Below, piece by piece: positions 11,683-22,929 of a stretch of DNA of 64,000 nucleotides (its first letter is position 1; each line of letters starts with the position of its first letter). The DNA is from an uncultured Hormoscilla sp. (GTDB taxonomy: Bacteria > Cyanobacteriota > Cyanobacteriia > Cyanobacteriales > Desertifilaceae), in assembly GCA_963921275.4 (NCBI GenBank), contig OZ001293.3, forward strand, positions 5,952,001 to 6,016,000. Reading direction: 5' to 3'. A program made the position numbers and the translations under genes. The notes below the pieces were generated by a model that was not told the origin of the DNA, did no database searches, and saw only the letters and a program-made list of their open reading frames with translations.

Positions 11683-12243
11683 ATGTCTGTAGCATTAGTC
11701 AAGCGGTTGTTTACGGTAGAATACTACTACAAAATGATGGCAGCGGGGATCTTGAAAGAGTGCGATCGGGTAGAACTTATCCGTGGCGAAATTGTCCAAA
11801 TGTTGCCTATTAGTCCAGTACATGCTGGTTATGTAAACCATCTTAGTGAATTATTTATTCTGCGTTTAGTTCCAAGGGTAACGGTTAGAGTCCAAAATCC
11901 AGTAGAATTAGACGAGACATCCAAACTTCAACCCGATCTAGCAGTGGCGCAAAGACGAGCAGATTTTTACGAAGCAGGACATCCTCACCCTTCAGATGTA
12001 TTTTTGTTAGTAGAAGTAGCAGATACGACTGTTAGAAAAGACCGGGAGGTGAAAATACCACTCTATGCTGAAGATAACATTCCGGAAGTCTGGCTAGTGA
12101 ATGTCAACGAATAATGTCTGGAAGTTTATCGCGAACCTTCTGTTAATGGCTATCGGAATGTGGTATTGCTAGAGTCGGGGGAAACTGTGACTATTCAAAC
12201 TTTTCCGGATGTGGTGTTTGCTGTCGATGAAATCTTGGGTTGA
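11683..12243 (+). pseudogene. Uma2 family endonuclease paralogue with a nonsense codon
   Basis: Tandem paralogue of 10972; TAA at 12112-12114 where the paralogue has CAA; homology continues to TGA at 12243. Confidence 0.9.
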
Positions 12244-12384
12244 GAGAATTGGTCTTTATGGCGGGAGATCGCGCTTAGGTTTCCAGTCCAATAGAAAGGG
12301 CGCGATCGCGGATTTGGTGTTTCTACAACTGTAGGTTGGGTTGAGGCACGAAACCCAACAGCCCCGGACATACTTTTGAAGGTC

Positions 12385-13755
12385 CTAGGCGACCATTTCT
12401 TCTATGCGATCGGGCGATGTGGGCAAAGCAGACGTTAACACCTGATTGCCAGATGCCGTGACCAAGACATCATCTTCAATTCTAATTCCCCGGACATCAG
12501 CAAACTTAGCTAGCCGATCCCAATTTACCACATCCTGATATTTGGCCCGGTTATCTGCATCCTGCAAAATTGCTGGGACTTGATAAAATCCTGGCTCAAT
12601 TGTCACTAGCATACCTGGTTTTAACGGGCGATCGAGGCGCAGGAAGCCCAAACCAAAGCGATCGCTTCTCGTGCGACCCTCAGCATAGCCGGCCAAATCC
12701 CCCAAATCTTCCATATCATGGACATCCAGCCCCAGAATATGACCGACTCCGTGGGGGAAGAACAGGGCGTGGGCATCCATTTCTACCAAGTCTGCGGGCT
12801 GACCTTTTAAGATGCCTAAATCTACTAAACCGGAGGCAATTACTGAGGCTGCTAGTAAATGAATATCCCGATACTCGACATCAGGGCGGACCTCGGCAAT
12901 ACAAGCATCATGGGCTGTCAAAACCAGATCGTATAAGTCTCGCTGGGTGGGAGAAAACTTGCCCTTCACGGGCCAGGTGCGCGTTACGTCGGCAACCCAA
13001 CCATTGGCGGTTTCGGCACCCGCATCTACTAATAGTAAATCTTGCGGCTGTAGGGCATGGTGATACTTTACGTTGTGCAAAACTTCCCCATGCACCGTGA
13101 CAATACTGCCATAAGCACAAGTCATATTATGGGTAATAAAAACAGCCTCGATCGCCCCCCTGACTTGGGCTTCCCACTCAGCCTGCATTGTCGCGGCCAT
13201 GCCCGCCTGATGGGCTTTGACAGTCACGGCAACCGCTTGCCGCAACTCCGACAAAGCCGCCGCATCGTGATACAATCGGAGAGAGACAATTGCCTTAGCT
13301 AAGGACAGGTCAATTCCTTCGGGAACCTGTGTTATCGGACGGCTTAAAATCTGGGCTTGCGATCGACAAGTGGTAGCATCCTGTACGGCAATAGTTGCGG
13401 CACCCGAACCATGGGATGCTAATTCTGTCATTGGATATGCAGCATCGGCCCCGATTTTTTGGGCAATGTCTGACCTGGTTGGTATCTCATGCCAGAGGGT
13501 GTCAGCAGGGGTCGGGTCATCCATAAACAGTTCTAACTGACCATTTTCTAGGCGAATGGCAGCATTCTCCAACTGCAACCCAGCAAAATAGAGAAAATGA
13601 CTGCTAGCGCGAAAGGGGAAAATATTTGCGGGAAAATTGCGCGGACTCGGACTCCCTGACCAGAGGATAATGGGGAAATCAATCAGTTGGGCAAGGGCTT
13701 GCCGCCGCTGTTTGAGTGTAGTGGCCAGAGAAGTAGGATTGCTGTTGACTTGCAT
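12385..13755 (-). CDS. pepP: Xaa-Pro aminopeptidase (M24B)
   Basis: LLVDAGAE, DVTRT, HGVGHILGLDVHD, TIEPGFY, GIRIEDDVLVT. Confidence 0.93.
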   Translation of the reverse strand: MQVNSNPTSLATTLKQRRQALAQLIDFPIILWSGSPSPRNFPANIFPFRASSHFLYFAGLQLENAAIRLENGQLELFMDDPTPADTLWHEIPTRSDIAQKIGADAAYPMTELASHGSGAATIAVQDATTCRSQAQILSRPITQVPEGIDLSLAKAIVSLRLYHDAAALSELRQAVAVTVKAHQAGMAATMQAEWEAQVRGAIEAVFITHNMTCAYGSIVTVHGEVLHNVKYHHALQPQDLLLVDAGAETANGWVADVTRTWPVKGKFSPTQRDLYDLVLTAHDACIAEVRPDVEYRDIHLLAASVIASGLVDLGILKGQPADLVEMDAHALFFPHGVGHILGLDVHDMEDLGDLAGYAEGRTRSDRFGLGFLRLDRPLKPGMLVTIEPGFYQVPAILQDADNRAKYQDVVNWDRLAKFADVRGIRIEDDVLVTASGNQVLTSALPTSPDRIEEMVA

Positions 13756-13987
13756 GGCGATCGATGGTAAACTTATACTATTGTATGCCTGATATCTGGC
13801 ATTATTGTCAAGCAGGCCCAGGCCCGCTCCTCGAAAGCAGATGATTTGCCATATTGTAGATGGATAGCTATAATCGGGGAGAAAGAAAAAACGATGCCAT
13901 ACCCAGACACCACCGGCTGGGGCGGAAGCGGCGATCGTCGGATAGCATTATGAATGACTGAGATGCCAGAACAGATCCCAGATGACT

Positions 13988-14148
13988 CAATACTTATCGG
14001 TTAAGGATATAGGTTGTCATTGCGAGGGGGGGACAACCGCGATTAACTTATGCTAAATTGAGGAGACCCCCCCGTTAGCGCAGCGGCCCGACGCAGGAGG
14101 GCTAGCAATCTCCCTGCTCCCTGCTCCCTGCTTAACCGAGAGGTATTG
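13988..14148. mobile_element. MITE with CAATACTT.TCGGTTAA terminal inverted repeats
   Basis: CAATACTTATCGGTTAA...TTAACCGAGAGGTATTG; imperfect flanking repeat CCAGATGACT/CGAGATGACC; same family as 16419-16632. Confidence 0.7.
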
Positions 14149-14202
14149 CGAGATGACCGGTCCACTTGTTATATTTTGCGGAAATTGCGGAAATAGTGAA
14201 TT

Positions 14203-14637
14203 ATGGAACCTTTAATGACGACGGCTATAGTAGCAACTGGCACTGCGGTTGTGACGAAACTTGTGGAAAATATTGCAGACAATACTGGAGGAAAATTAGG
14301 GAAAGCATTCTGCGACGCGACTGCTAAGGTTATGAAAATCCTCAAGCAAGAGAATCCAGATGCTATGATGGTTATTAAGCCGGCTCCAGAACTACCTTTA
14401 GATTACGGTAAAGCAGTGCTGGAGATAGAGTCAGCAGCGAAAAACAATCCTCAACTGGCCCAAGCGATGCAGGAATTGGCCGCAGCAGCAAAAGCAGAAC
14501 CTCACCCAAAGCTGGATGAAGTTCTCGAAGAAATCAAAGGGGCGCTGAAATCTCAACAGTCAAAGATTGAAAATTATGGAAAGGTAGCTGAGGAGATCAA
14601 AGCAGAAAAAGGGGCAATGGTTGGCCAAAAATTTTAA
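14203..14637 (+). CDS. Small helical hypothetical protein upstream of a NACHT/HEAT remnant
   Basis: 144-aa ORF with ATG start. Confidence 0.55.
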   Translation: MEPLMTTAIVATGTAVVTKLVENIADNTGGKLGKAFCDATAKVMKILKQENPDAMMVIKPAPELPLDYGKAVLEIESAAKNNPQLAQAMQELAAAAKAEPHPKLDEVLEEIKGALKSQQSKIENYGKVAEEIKAEKGAMVGQKF

Positions 14638-14689
14638 ATTGGGGAGATCAAATACTATTGACTGAAGCCGCCCGACGGGGAGGATCGGG

Positions 14690-15782
14690 TAAAGTTAACT
14701 CCCAATTACTGGCGCAATGTTTGCCAGTCAATGCTGGACAAGCAACTTACCAGCAATTTCCTGTTTCACGATCGTGAGGAGGCGAAAAAAGACGACAACA
14801 GATTTATGTCCCTCTGGCGCTGGTAAAACGGAAAAAACCGGATAGGCGAGAGGGTGGGAAAATTGACCCGGGAAATAAGAAGGCGATCACGGCTTTAGTG
14901 CAACTGCTCCAGCCAAGTGAATATGAAGATACCCGCAGGCAAGCAGCAGATAGCTTAGGGAAAATTGGTGCGAGAAATAAGGATGCAATCACGGCTTTAG
15001 TGCAACTGCTCCAGCCAAGTGAATATGAAGATACCCGCAGGCAAGCAGCAGAAAGTTTAGGGAAAATTGACCCGGGAAATAAGAAGGCGATCACGGCTTT
15101 AGTGCAACTGCTCCAGCCAAGTGAATATGAAGATACCCGCAGGCAAGCAGCAGATAGCTTAGGGAAAATTGGTGCGGGAAATCAGAAGGCGATCAAGGCT
15201 TTAGTGCAACTGATCCAGTCAAGTAAAGATGAATCTACCCGCGGGAGAGCAGCAGAAAGTTTAGGGGAAATTGGTGCGGGGAATAAGGATGCGATCACGG
15301 CTTTAGTGCAACTGCTCCAGTCAAGTAAAGATGAATATACCCGCAAGAGAGCAGTATATAGCTTAGAAAAAATTGCTGCGGGAAATAAGGAGGCGATCGC
15401 GGCTTTAGTGCAACTGCTCCAGTCAAGTGAAGATGAAGATAACCGCAGGAGAGCAGTATATAGCTTAGGAAAAATTGGTGCGGGGAATAAGGAGGCGATC
15501 GCGGCTTTAGTGCAACTGCTCCAGTCAAGTAAAGATGAATATACCTGCATGCAAGCAGCAGATAGCTTAGGGGAAATCGTACAAGACAACCAGAAAGCGG
15601 AAGTAGTCACCGAATTGAAAGGCTGCTTATCAGCTAAAGACTACAAAAGTAACCCTTACCTATTCGATAACTGTTACCAACTCATCTGGAACTGGGCCCA
15701 AACTCTACCCTACCCAGAGTTTTATCAAGCTTGGCACAAATCTGGAATGCTTTCCTGCGTCCGTCGGCTATTCCAGAGCTGA
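14690..15782 (+). pseudogene. HEAT-repeat protein remnant, probably a NACHT-HEAT gene with the NTPase deleted
   Basis: Pre-NACHT-type segment (YWRNVCQSML...YVPLALVKRKKPDRR) joins directly to 31-aa HEAT repeats (RRQAADSLGKIGAGNKDAITALVQLL), 93-bp units; ends in W..AQTLPYPEFYQAW. Confidence 0.7.
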
Positions 15783-15967
15783 ATCGCCCGCCCTGTGAAG
15801 TGGGTGAGACGGGCCCTTTTGCTTCTCCCTTCACCCATCCGGATAATGTAATCTAGTCAGCCCTTATATCGATATGGTGCCGATGCTGTGCCCCTGAGAT
15901 AAATTTGTACCTGTTGGTCTTGATGGTGATGTATCATAGGAAAAAGCAGTGTTAGGCAGGAGTTTAT

Positions 15968-16288
15968 ATGCCACCAATTCCAGAAGTAACGAGGAAGCCA
16001 AAAAGATTGTTTCGGCCCTGGGTTTAGAACCTGAGTTGGCCTGGACCTTGACAGAGTGCCCTTATAAAGTAGTTTGGGTGAAACAATTCCTACGGACTGA
16101 TTTACCGGTTCTATGAAATTATGCAGGTCTATGGCATGCCCATGAAAGCGGTCATCCATGAGAAGTTTGGTGACGGGATTATGAGTGCGATCGACTTCTC
16201 TATTAAGGTCCAAAAAGAAGAGGACCCCAAAGGCGATCGGGTGAATATCGTCATGTCTGGAAAGTTCTTACCCTACAAAAAGTGGTAG
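15968..16288 (+). pseudogene. cynS: Cyanate hydratase (cyanase), internally deleted and frameshifted
   Basis: [33 protein letters not shown]...[10 protein letters not shown]-terminal part mostly missing. Confidence 0.88.
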
Positions 16289-16418
16289 GATAACCGTAGG
16301 TTGGGTCTCCGCACGAAACCCAACCCTCCAGATATTGTTGGCGTTGAAGAAGGAGTGCGATCGAGTCAGATGTATGCTCGTTCCCAGTCTCTGGCTGGGA
16401 ACGAACCTTGGGAGGCTC

Positions 16419-16632
16419 CAATACTTCTCGGTTAATAACTTGTCATTGCGAGGGGGGCTCCCAAACTAACATTATCAGGATCCCCGCCTGGATCCCCCCC
16501 GAAGCAATCTCACCGCGCTGTATTCTGGGTAGGCGGGGATTGCTTCGGGGGGGTTAACTCGGTTCCGCATAAGTTAATCGCTATGTACCCCCCCTCGCAA
16601 TGACAAATAAGATGCCTAACCGAGAAGTATTG
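16419..16632. mobile_element. MITE (CAATACTTCTCGGTTA TIR) inserted inside a REP-like palindrome
   Basis: Perfect 16-bp TIRs flanked by GGCTC on both sides; internal TTGTCATTGCGAGGGGGG...CCCCCCTCGCAATGACAA inverted repeat. Confidence 0.8.
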
Positions 16633-16829
16633 GGCTCACCTGGAGGCATCCGCCTCGAAAGGTGTGCGTTCCCAGGGGTCGCCAGGGAACGAGCAAACAT
16701 ATCATTTGTCGATCGCGTGTCAGATGGAAAAAAACTTAATGTTCATTCCGTTAAAGGTGCGATCGCGGCATTTTTGATTCCCTCGAAGTATTGAGGCCAG
16801 ATCGGATCCCACAATAGTATAGGAGATTT

Positions 16830-17552
16830 TTGCTCGTGATTTACCAGGTAAAAGACAGCCCGCCGAACAATTATCTAGCTTTGACCGAAAATCGGAAAAC
16901 GCCTCGCCTGGAAAGTGGCGATCGCCTCTCACGTCCAGAATTTGAGCGTCGCTACGCAGGGATGCCCGAAGGTCAAAAAGCAGAACTAATTGAAGGAATA
17001 GTATACTTAGCATCACGATTACCCTTTGAGAGTCATGCTGAACCTCACGCATCGATTATTACCATGCTGGGAATTTATCAAATCAATACCCCTAGAGTCA
17101 GCCTGGGAATTGAGCCGACGGTACTGCTGGATCTAGACAACGAGCCTCAGCCTGATGGAGTTTTGCTTTTGGACGAAAGGGTTGGAGGGCGATCGCGTTT
17201 GCTGGAGTCAGATTACATTGAGGGAGCACCGGAACTGGTGGTAGAAGTAGCAGCTAGCAGTGCCGCTAGGGACTTGCACGACAAGCAGCGGGCTTATCGG
17301 CGTAACGGCATTCAGGAATACATTGTTTGGCAGATTTTTGAGAACCAGCTAGACTGGTGGCAGCTAGTGGATGGGGAATATGTGGCCCTGGAACGAGACT
17401 CGGAGGGGATAATTAGAAGTCAGGTATTCCCAGGATTGTGGTTGGATGTATTGGCATTGCTGGATGGAAACATGACTCAGGTAATGGCGGTATTGCAGCA
17501 AGGATTGAATTCCCCAGAACATGATGATTTTGTACGCGGCTTGTCCGAGTAA
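16830..17552 (+). CDS. Uma2 family endonuclease (start uncertain)
   Basis: LESGDRLSRPEFERRY, AELIEGIVY, NEPQPD, PELVVEVAASS. Confidence 0.9.
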   Translation: MLVIYQVKDSPPNNYLALTENRKTPRLESGDRLSRPEFERRYAGMPEGQKAELIEGIVYLASRLPFESHAEPHASIITMLGIYQINTPRVSLGIEPTVLLDLDNEPQPDGVLLLDERVGGRSRLLESDYIEGAPELVVEVAASSAARDLHDKQRAYRRNGIQEYIVWQIFENQLDWWQLVDGEYVALERDSEGIIRSQVFPGLWLDVLALLDGNMTQVMAVLQQGLNSPEHDDFVRGLSE

Positions 17553-17844
17553 GAACGATAAGAAACCCGGTAAGAAACCTGGTTTTTACTCCATAAGCGA
17601 TCGACCGCCAATGGGAACAGTTGCAGGGGGGCAAACCTGTAGATAAAATCCTATCTGCTGAAGTTGTAAAATTTGGGTGAACCTGACATCTTGCACCATT
17701 GGAAATAAGCCCTACGGCCCTGGAGTTTTTGTTCGCGATCGCCTCAAAAAAAGTGCTATCGCCTGCATCAATCAGAATCTCTATGCTATAATAAAATTGT
17801 AGGTTGGGTTGACCCACGAAACCCAACCCTCCAGATGTTGCAGG

Positions 17845-17955
17845 TAAAGACTAAAGTCTTTACTACAAACCATTAGTTAAGGTAAAGACTTTAGTCTTTA
17901 CTACAAACCATTAGTTAAGGTAAAGACTAAAGTCTTTACTACGAACCATTAGTTA
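17845..17955. repeat. Three tandem about 37-bp palindromic REP-like units
   Basis: GGTAAAGACTAAAGTCTTTACTACAAACCATTAGTTAA repeated. Confidence 0.85.
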
Positions 17956-17964
17956 TCGACTCAG

Positions 17965-19721
17965 ATGTTTCAATATCTAATGATCCTATTCACTTTAACA
18001 TATCATTTATCCTTCCCAGGAACGGCCTCCCAATTCAAGGCATTGGATATATCTGTCACAAATGACATCCCCCCGGGTTTTACTGCTATTAAAACCGCAC
18101 CAGGGGTGAATTTATATCAGCATACCGATGAAATTGATTATGTTCAAGTTGTCGCTCTAGATGCCGGTGCTTGTATAGATTTATTTGACGATCGCCATGT
18201 CACTGGTTTCGATACTCAAGGCGCTTACGGCACCAATATTAGTGCTATAATTGATTTTCAAACCATTCAAACTCACTGGGATGATTTGGTGCGAGCGCAT
18301 GGAAAGAGAGCATTTTCAGTAACCAATGGTCAGTTTTTCAGTGTCCGTTCTCAGCAGTTAGCATTTCCGGTAAAAGCTGACGGAATTATCTATAGTGAGG
18401 GCTATGCAGGAGACTCTGAATTTGCAGGAGAAAAAATGATGTTGACAGTGAGGCAAAATCATGCTAATATCGTCCCATTTCCTGAGAATGATTATCCGGA
18501 AAATCCGCTGTTCTATTCAGTCCCGAATATGATAGTGGGTTTGGCAGAAGATGCTGATAAGGGATTTGATCGCCAGGTAGGAAGAACATTTATCGGGGTA
18601 AAAGACCGAGACAAAAATGGTACAAATGAAACAGTTTTGATTTTCACTTCTAGCAGGGCGAGTCAATCCCATGCTGGTCGAGTATTAAGAGATTTTGGAG
18701 CTTCTGCAGTGATGATGCTGGATGGCGGGGGTTCGACACAGGCGATCGTGCAGGGGAGAGAGTATGGTAAGGATTCAGGTAGAGGGGTTGACAAAGGGCT
18801 GCCAGTTACTCAGGCTCGGGAATCAGAGACAACTCCTGGGAACGCCCACGCGGGGCCAGAGAAATGGCCCGTCGAAAGAAATCGATGGCCGAGCGACCCT
18901 GAGCGCGACACGATTAAATCACGCTCAACAAAGTCGCCGAACGTCGAAACCCTTCCCAGGAACGAGACCCGCCACAGACTTGGCGTTTCGTTACAGCCAA
19001 ACGTAACGAGCGCTCCGCCAGGTTATTATCCGGTGGAACTTCCGGGTGGTCGAGAAAATACCACCACTGGTGACACTTATTTTCTAAAGACCTCAGCAAC
19101 AAGCTGGCCGCATGACCCGCCTTCGAGCGCCAGGTATCGAGAGATCGAGCGATCCGTTTCTTAAAAGAGGAGGCCCAATTGGCAGAGACCGATGCTTCGC
19201 CGGTCTCTCGCCACTGACGATGTTGAGTAAAGGCTTCGTCAATCAGGTCGAGAAAGGCTTGCCCCAGTTCGGCTTGATGGGGAGACTTGAGTTTGGAAAC
19301 TTGCCGGAAATGTCGTTGCAGATGAGCCAGATATTTTTGTTGAGCCGAGACCCGATAGCCATTGTAGACACTTGTCACGTCGGAACTGAGAACCCCGGGG
19401 GTTTCGACGAGTCGCTGCTGTCTTTGTCTAGCAGTCGTTTGAGGCGTTCGACTTCTCCGGTGAGTTTTTCAACTTCCCCAATGAGTTGTTCTATGGTTTC
19501 GTTTTGCCGCCACACTATCTCTACTAGGGCCGACTTCGGCATCGACTCTAGGTCTTCTCGGCTCTTGGGGATGGTTGGCCTCTCGATCTCCATTCTTCTA
19601 CCCTACCCATCTCCTCTCCCTTGTCAACCCTCTCACCTGAATGCTTACAGAGTATGTTAACTCTAGTGACGAGCCCGATCGAAAAATACCCCATACAATT
19701 GGCGTGATTAGCGGTTTTTAG
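17965..19721 (+). pseudogene. Phosphodiester glycosidase (NAGPA/DUF2233-like) exported protein disrupted by an IS66-like element
   Basis: VTNGQFF, RTFIG, MMLDGGGST; the frame resumes after the insert as EYVNSSDEPDRKIPHTIGV. Confidence 0.75.
18767..19648 (-). mobile_element. Internally deleted IS66-family element
   Basis: TIRs GTAAG(G/C)ATTCAGGT; 8-bp target duplication AGAGTATG; transposase fragments DSSDSSKPP and VPPDNNLAERSLR. Confidence 0.9.
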
Positions 19722-19730
19722 AAGAACCTT

Positions 19731-19826
19731 CGTTCGTAGTAAGCACTAAAGTGCTTATCTTCTCCGTTCGTAGTAAGCACTAAAGTGCTTATCTTCCTCG
19801 TTCGTAGTAAGCACTTTAGTGCTTAT
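19731..19826. repeat. Three tandem palindromic units CGTTCGTAGTAAGCACT(A/T)(A/T)AGTGCTT
   Basis: Same core at 25141-25237. Confidence 0.85.
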
Positions 19827-20209
19827 CTTCCCCGCCAGCGGAGTAATACTGCTGCTTGGGCCTTACAAAGCATAAAGCGATAGCACTCAACGCGCAGTGC
19901 CATCAGTTCTAATCGTTCTGCCTCAGTGAGGGTACCATTTTGGTTGCCTGCAAGTAAGATGTTGTAACGTTCCATTTCGGCTGGACTCTTGCGGCTATAG
20001 GCAATCTCCCATAGAGTATTATCGTCTAGTTTGTCCAAGGCGGCAAGGTCAGCCTGAAACTCTTCTGGTACGTCATCCCATTCTGGAGGGCTACCTACAA
20101 GTAATGCATGCAGCATCACTTCTTCGAGCGATCGCGATTGTGCGCGGGCAGTGTTAACCAAGCGGAGATAGAGAGTATCTGGGATTTGCAGGGTAATAGT
20201 TTCAGCCAT
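19823..20209 (-). CDS. Hypothetical protein, antitoxin-like N-terminus
   Basis: MAETITLQIPDTLYLRL (ribbon-helix-helix-like start); ends KAQAAVLLRWRG. Confidence 0.6.
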   Translation of the reverse strand: MAETITLQIPDTLYLRLVNTARAQSRSLEEVMLHALLVGSPPEWDDVPEEFQADLAALDKLDDNTLWEIAYSRKSPAEMERYNILLAGNQNGTLTEAERLELMALRVECYRFMLCKAQAAVLLRWRGR

Positions 20210-20286
20210 TATATCCCGTCCATAAGCTGCTAAGCATAGTGATATAATTATTGTAAAGCACTTTGCTTGAATAGAGGAGGTGAGAT

Positions 20287-20430
20287 ATGAGCCAGGAAAT
20301 CGAGGATATGCATCGGTGGCAGCAGGAGATCGAGAAGGGATTGTTGGAAGCAGAGGCGGGAGACTTTGCTAGTGAAGAAGAGGTACTTGCTGTATTTGCC
20401 AAGTTGACCAATTTTGAAGCCCAGCGTTGA
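20287..20430 (+). pseudogene. Short antitoxin-like remnant
   Basis: WQQEIEKGLLEAEAGDFASEEEV, after a GAGGAGG RBS; no adjacent toxin. Confidence 0.45.
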
Positions 20431-20598
20431 CCAATTTTGAAGCCCAGCACAGTACCAGTAGCGAGAAGGTGGGCGGTGCCCACCCTACAACTGAAAAGAG
20501 TTCAGTAGCGGTAAGGTGGGCGGTGCCCACCCTACAACTGAAAAGAGTTCAATTTTAAATATAACCAAAACTGCCCCGAAAAATCAGTGAGATAAGTT

Positions 20599-21078
20599 AT
20601 GAAAATTCGCTGTATTGCCAATACTGGAAATAATCTTCCTGAAAATTATCTCTACCCGCGAGTGGGTTACACAAAAGAACTAAAGTTTCCCTTAACAATT
20701 GGCAAAGAATACGCAGTTTATGCCCTCTACACGTGGCAGGGACAAGTATGGTACTATATCGGCTGCGATGATAATTACATATATTATCCTCAAGAAAATC
20801 CTGCCCCTTTATTTGAAGTTGTTGACAGTCGAGTTTCTCAATATTGGCAGATTAAAATCGCTGAAAATGGCTTGTTGACGATGGCTTTTTCCGAATGGTT
20901 TTCCCAACCATACTTTTACGATAAACTTGCAGATCGAGAACAAGCAGAGATGGAAATTTTTGCCAAGGTAAAAGACCTCATGGATGCCGAATTTAACTCC
21001 CAAGAATCATATCAGAATCTGGAGGAGATCGGGAATCATACAGAAACAGCAGGTTGCAGTTCTGGCAAAGGCAGATAA
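20599..21078 (+). CDS. Hypothetical protein
   Basis: 159-aa ORF; 3' end overlaps the convergent cofH. Confidence 0.65.
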   Translation: MKIRCIANTGNNLPENYLYPRVGYTKELKFPLTIGKEYAVYALYTWQGQVWYYIGCDDNYIYYPQENPAPLFEVVDSRVSQYWQIKIAENGLLTMAFSEWFSQPYFYDKLADREQAEMEIFAKVKDLMDAEFNSQESYQNLEEIGNHTETAGCSSGKGR

Positions 21079-22184
21079 AGGGTATCCCGCTGCCGATAAG
21101 GACGCCCAAGAGAACGAATTGCCTGCTGTAAAGTTTCCACTTCCATGCAAGTGCCCCCCTGGGCCCCCGCCATAGTAGTAATATGTTCTTCCATCAAGGT
21201 ACCTCCAATATCGTTACATCCCCAACCCAGGGCCTCAGTTGCACCCGCTAAACCCAACTTCACCCAACTGGGTTGATGATTAGAAATCCAATTTCCCAGG
21301 AAAATTCGCGCTACCGCTGTCAGCAACAAAGCATCAGATAAAACGGGTTGATCCCGTCCCACCCGCCGCCGCAAAGGTTTAGGCGCTTCTTGTCCCACAA
21401 AGGGCAAGAGGATAAATTCTGTCAAGGCAGTTTCTCCCTGCTGAAGAGATTTTTGTTGCAAAGTCCGCAACTTTTCCAAATGCCCCATCTGCTGTTCTGG
21501 CGTTTCCACGTGACCGCAAAGCATGGTACTGGTACTGGGCATTCCCAACTTATGGGCAGTGGCGACAATTTCCAACCAAGTTACCGTATCAATTTTTTCC
21601 GGACAAATTACCCGCCGCACATTGTCATCTAAAACTTCTGCTGCGGTTCCCGGCATAGAATCAACTCCCGCCGACTGCAAAGCAGCAATCACTTCAGCAT
21701 AGGAAATGCCATCTTCCCTAGCAATAAATTGCACTTCCTGGGGAGAAAAGGCGTGTAAATGCAGTTGAGGAAACAGATCTTTAATGGTGATCGCCAATTG
21801 TAGGTAATAAGGTAAGGAAGCACCATTAACTTTTGCCCCAAGGTTAAGTCCGCCCTGCATGCAAATTTCCGTTGCCCCTTGGCGGACAGCATCGGTAGTT
21901 TTTTCCATAATTTGCCCCCAGTCTAACCAGTAAGCATCCTTTTCCCCTTCATCCCGGCGAAAGGCACAGAAACTACAGTGCTGTTCGCAGATATTGGTGA
22001 AATTAATATTGCGGTTGATGACGTAGGTGACGATATCGCCCGCTTGCTTGCGGCGCAGTTGGTCCGCAGTTTCTCGGATAGATGCGATCGCGCTTTGATC
22101 TTTTTGCTGTAAAAGCACCACTCCGGCGGCGGCGGAAAGATCATCACCTGCCAAGGCGCGGTTGAGGATAGCATCAACATTCAT
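21036..22184 (-). CDS. cofH: FO synthase subunit CofH (radical SAM)
   Basis: [43 protein letters not shown]. Confidence 0.92.
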   Translation of the reverse strand: MNVDAILNRALAGDDLSAAAGVVLLQQKDQSAIASIRETADQLRRKQAGDIVTYVINRNINFTNICEQHCSFCAFRRDEGEKDAYWLDWGQIMEKTTDAVRQGATEICMQGGLNLGAKVNGASLPYYLQLAITIKDLFPQLHLHAFSPQEVQFIAREDGISYAEVIAALQSAGVDSMPGTAAEVLDDNVRRVICPEKIDTVTWLEIVATAHKLGMPSTSTMLCGHVETPEQQMGHLEKLRTLQQKSLQQGETALTEFILLPFVGQEAPKPLRRRVGRDQPVLSDALLLTAVARIFLGNWISNHQPSWVKLGLAGATEALGWGCNDIGGTLMEEHITTMAGAQGGTCMEVETLQQAIRSLGRPYRQRDTLYLPLPELQPAVSV

Positions 22185-22331
22185 CACGAGTCTCCCATAC
22201 AGAATCTTCCTTCCATTATGACATAAGTTCTCCAATTATCCTAGGGCAGGTAACATGAAGAGCCTCGATAATCTAGTTCCCTGAGTGGGAACTAGGACTT
22301 GTGCAGAGTTGAATTGCTAGTAATACAGGCC

Positions 22332-22673
22332 CTACTGCTGCAATTTTTGAGTCAGTAACTTGAGAATTTCTACAATTTCACGTTGTCGGTGAGATAGATC
22401 GTCCTGCCGTTGATCCAACTCATCTAGCCTTTCATAGAAACTAGCCTGAGTTTGAGCTAGCTGAGTCTGAGTTTGAGCTAGCTGAGTCTGAGTTTGGGTC
22501 ACCTGAGCCATTGCTTGGTATAAACGAGAGCGGTCACGTTGTGACTCTTGATGCCACTTATTGACGTTATCAGTCAGGGCCTCAAGAGCACGGGCATTGG
22601 AATCGACTCTTTGACCTATTTTTTCTACTAAGGCTTCAATTCGGTCCAGCCGATCGGATTGATAGTCAGTCAT
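22332..22673 (-). CDS. Coiled-coil hypothetical protein
   Basis: DRLDRIEALVE; heptad repeats AQTQTQL. Confidence 0.7.
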   Translation of the reverse strand: MTDYQSDRLDRIEALVEKIGQRVDSNARALEALTDNVNKWHQESQRDRSRLYQAMAQVTQTQTQLAQTQTQLAQTQASFYERLDELDQRQDDLSHRQREIVEILKLLTQKLQQ

Positions 22674-22929
22674 GCTTACTGTTCTCCAAAGCTAAATTTT
22701 ATTTCCATTATACAACCATTTCTCAAAAATATCCTGCCGACCCCAATTTTTTTTCGCCATTCGCTTCTGTTCGCTTCGGAGACACCATATTTTATGGTGG
22801 GCGGTGCCCACTACTATTTTCATTATACAACCATTTCACAAACTTTCGCTCGCTCGCTTTTTCGCCGGTAACCCAGAAACCCGGTTTTTGGGAAAAACCG
22901 GGTTTCTTAGTTCACAATGAATGGCAATT

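Noticed and set aside
4570..12114. Stop-codon reassignment or programmed read-through to explain in-frame stops
   Set aside because: Both TAA and TAG are involved and replace different residues, and the same codons end intact genes normally.
18767..19164. C-terminal part of the 399-aa ORF 17965-19164
   Set aside because: Read-through into the antisense strand of the IS66-like element.
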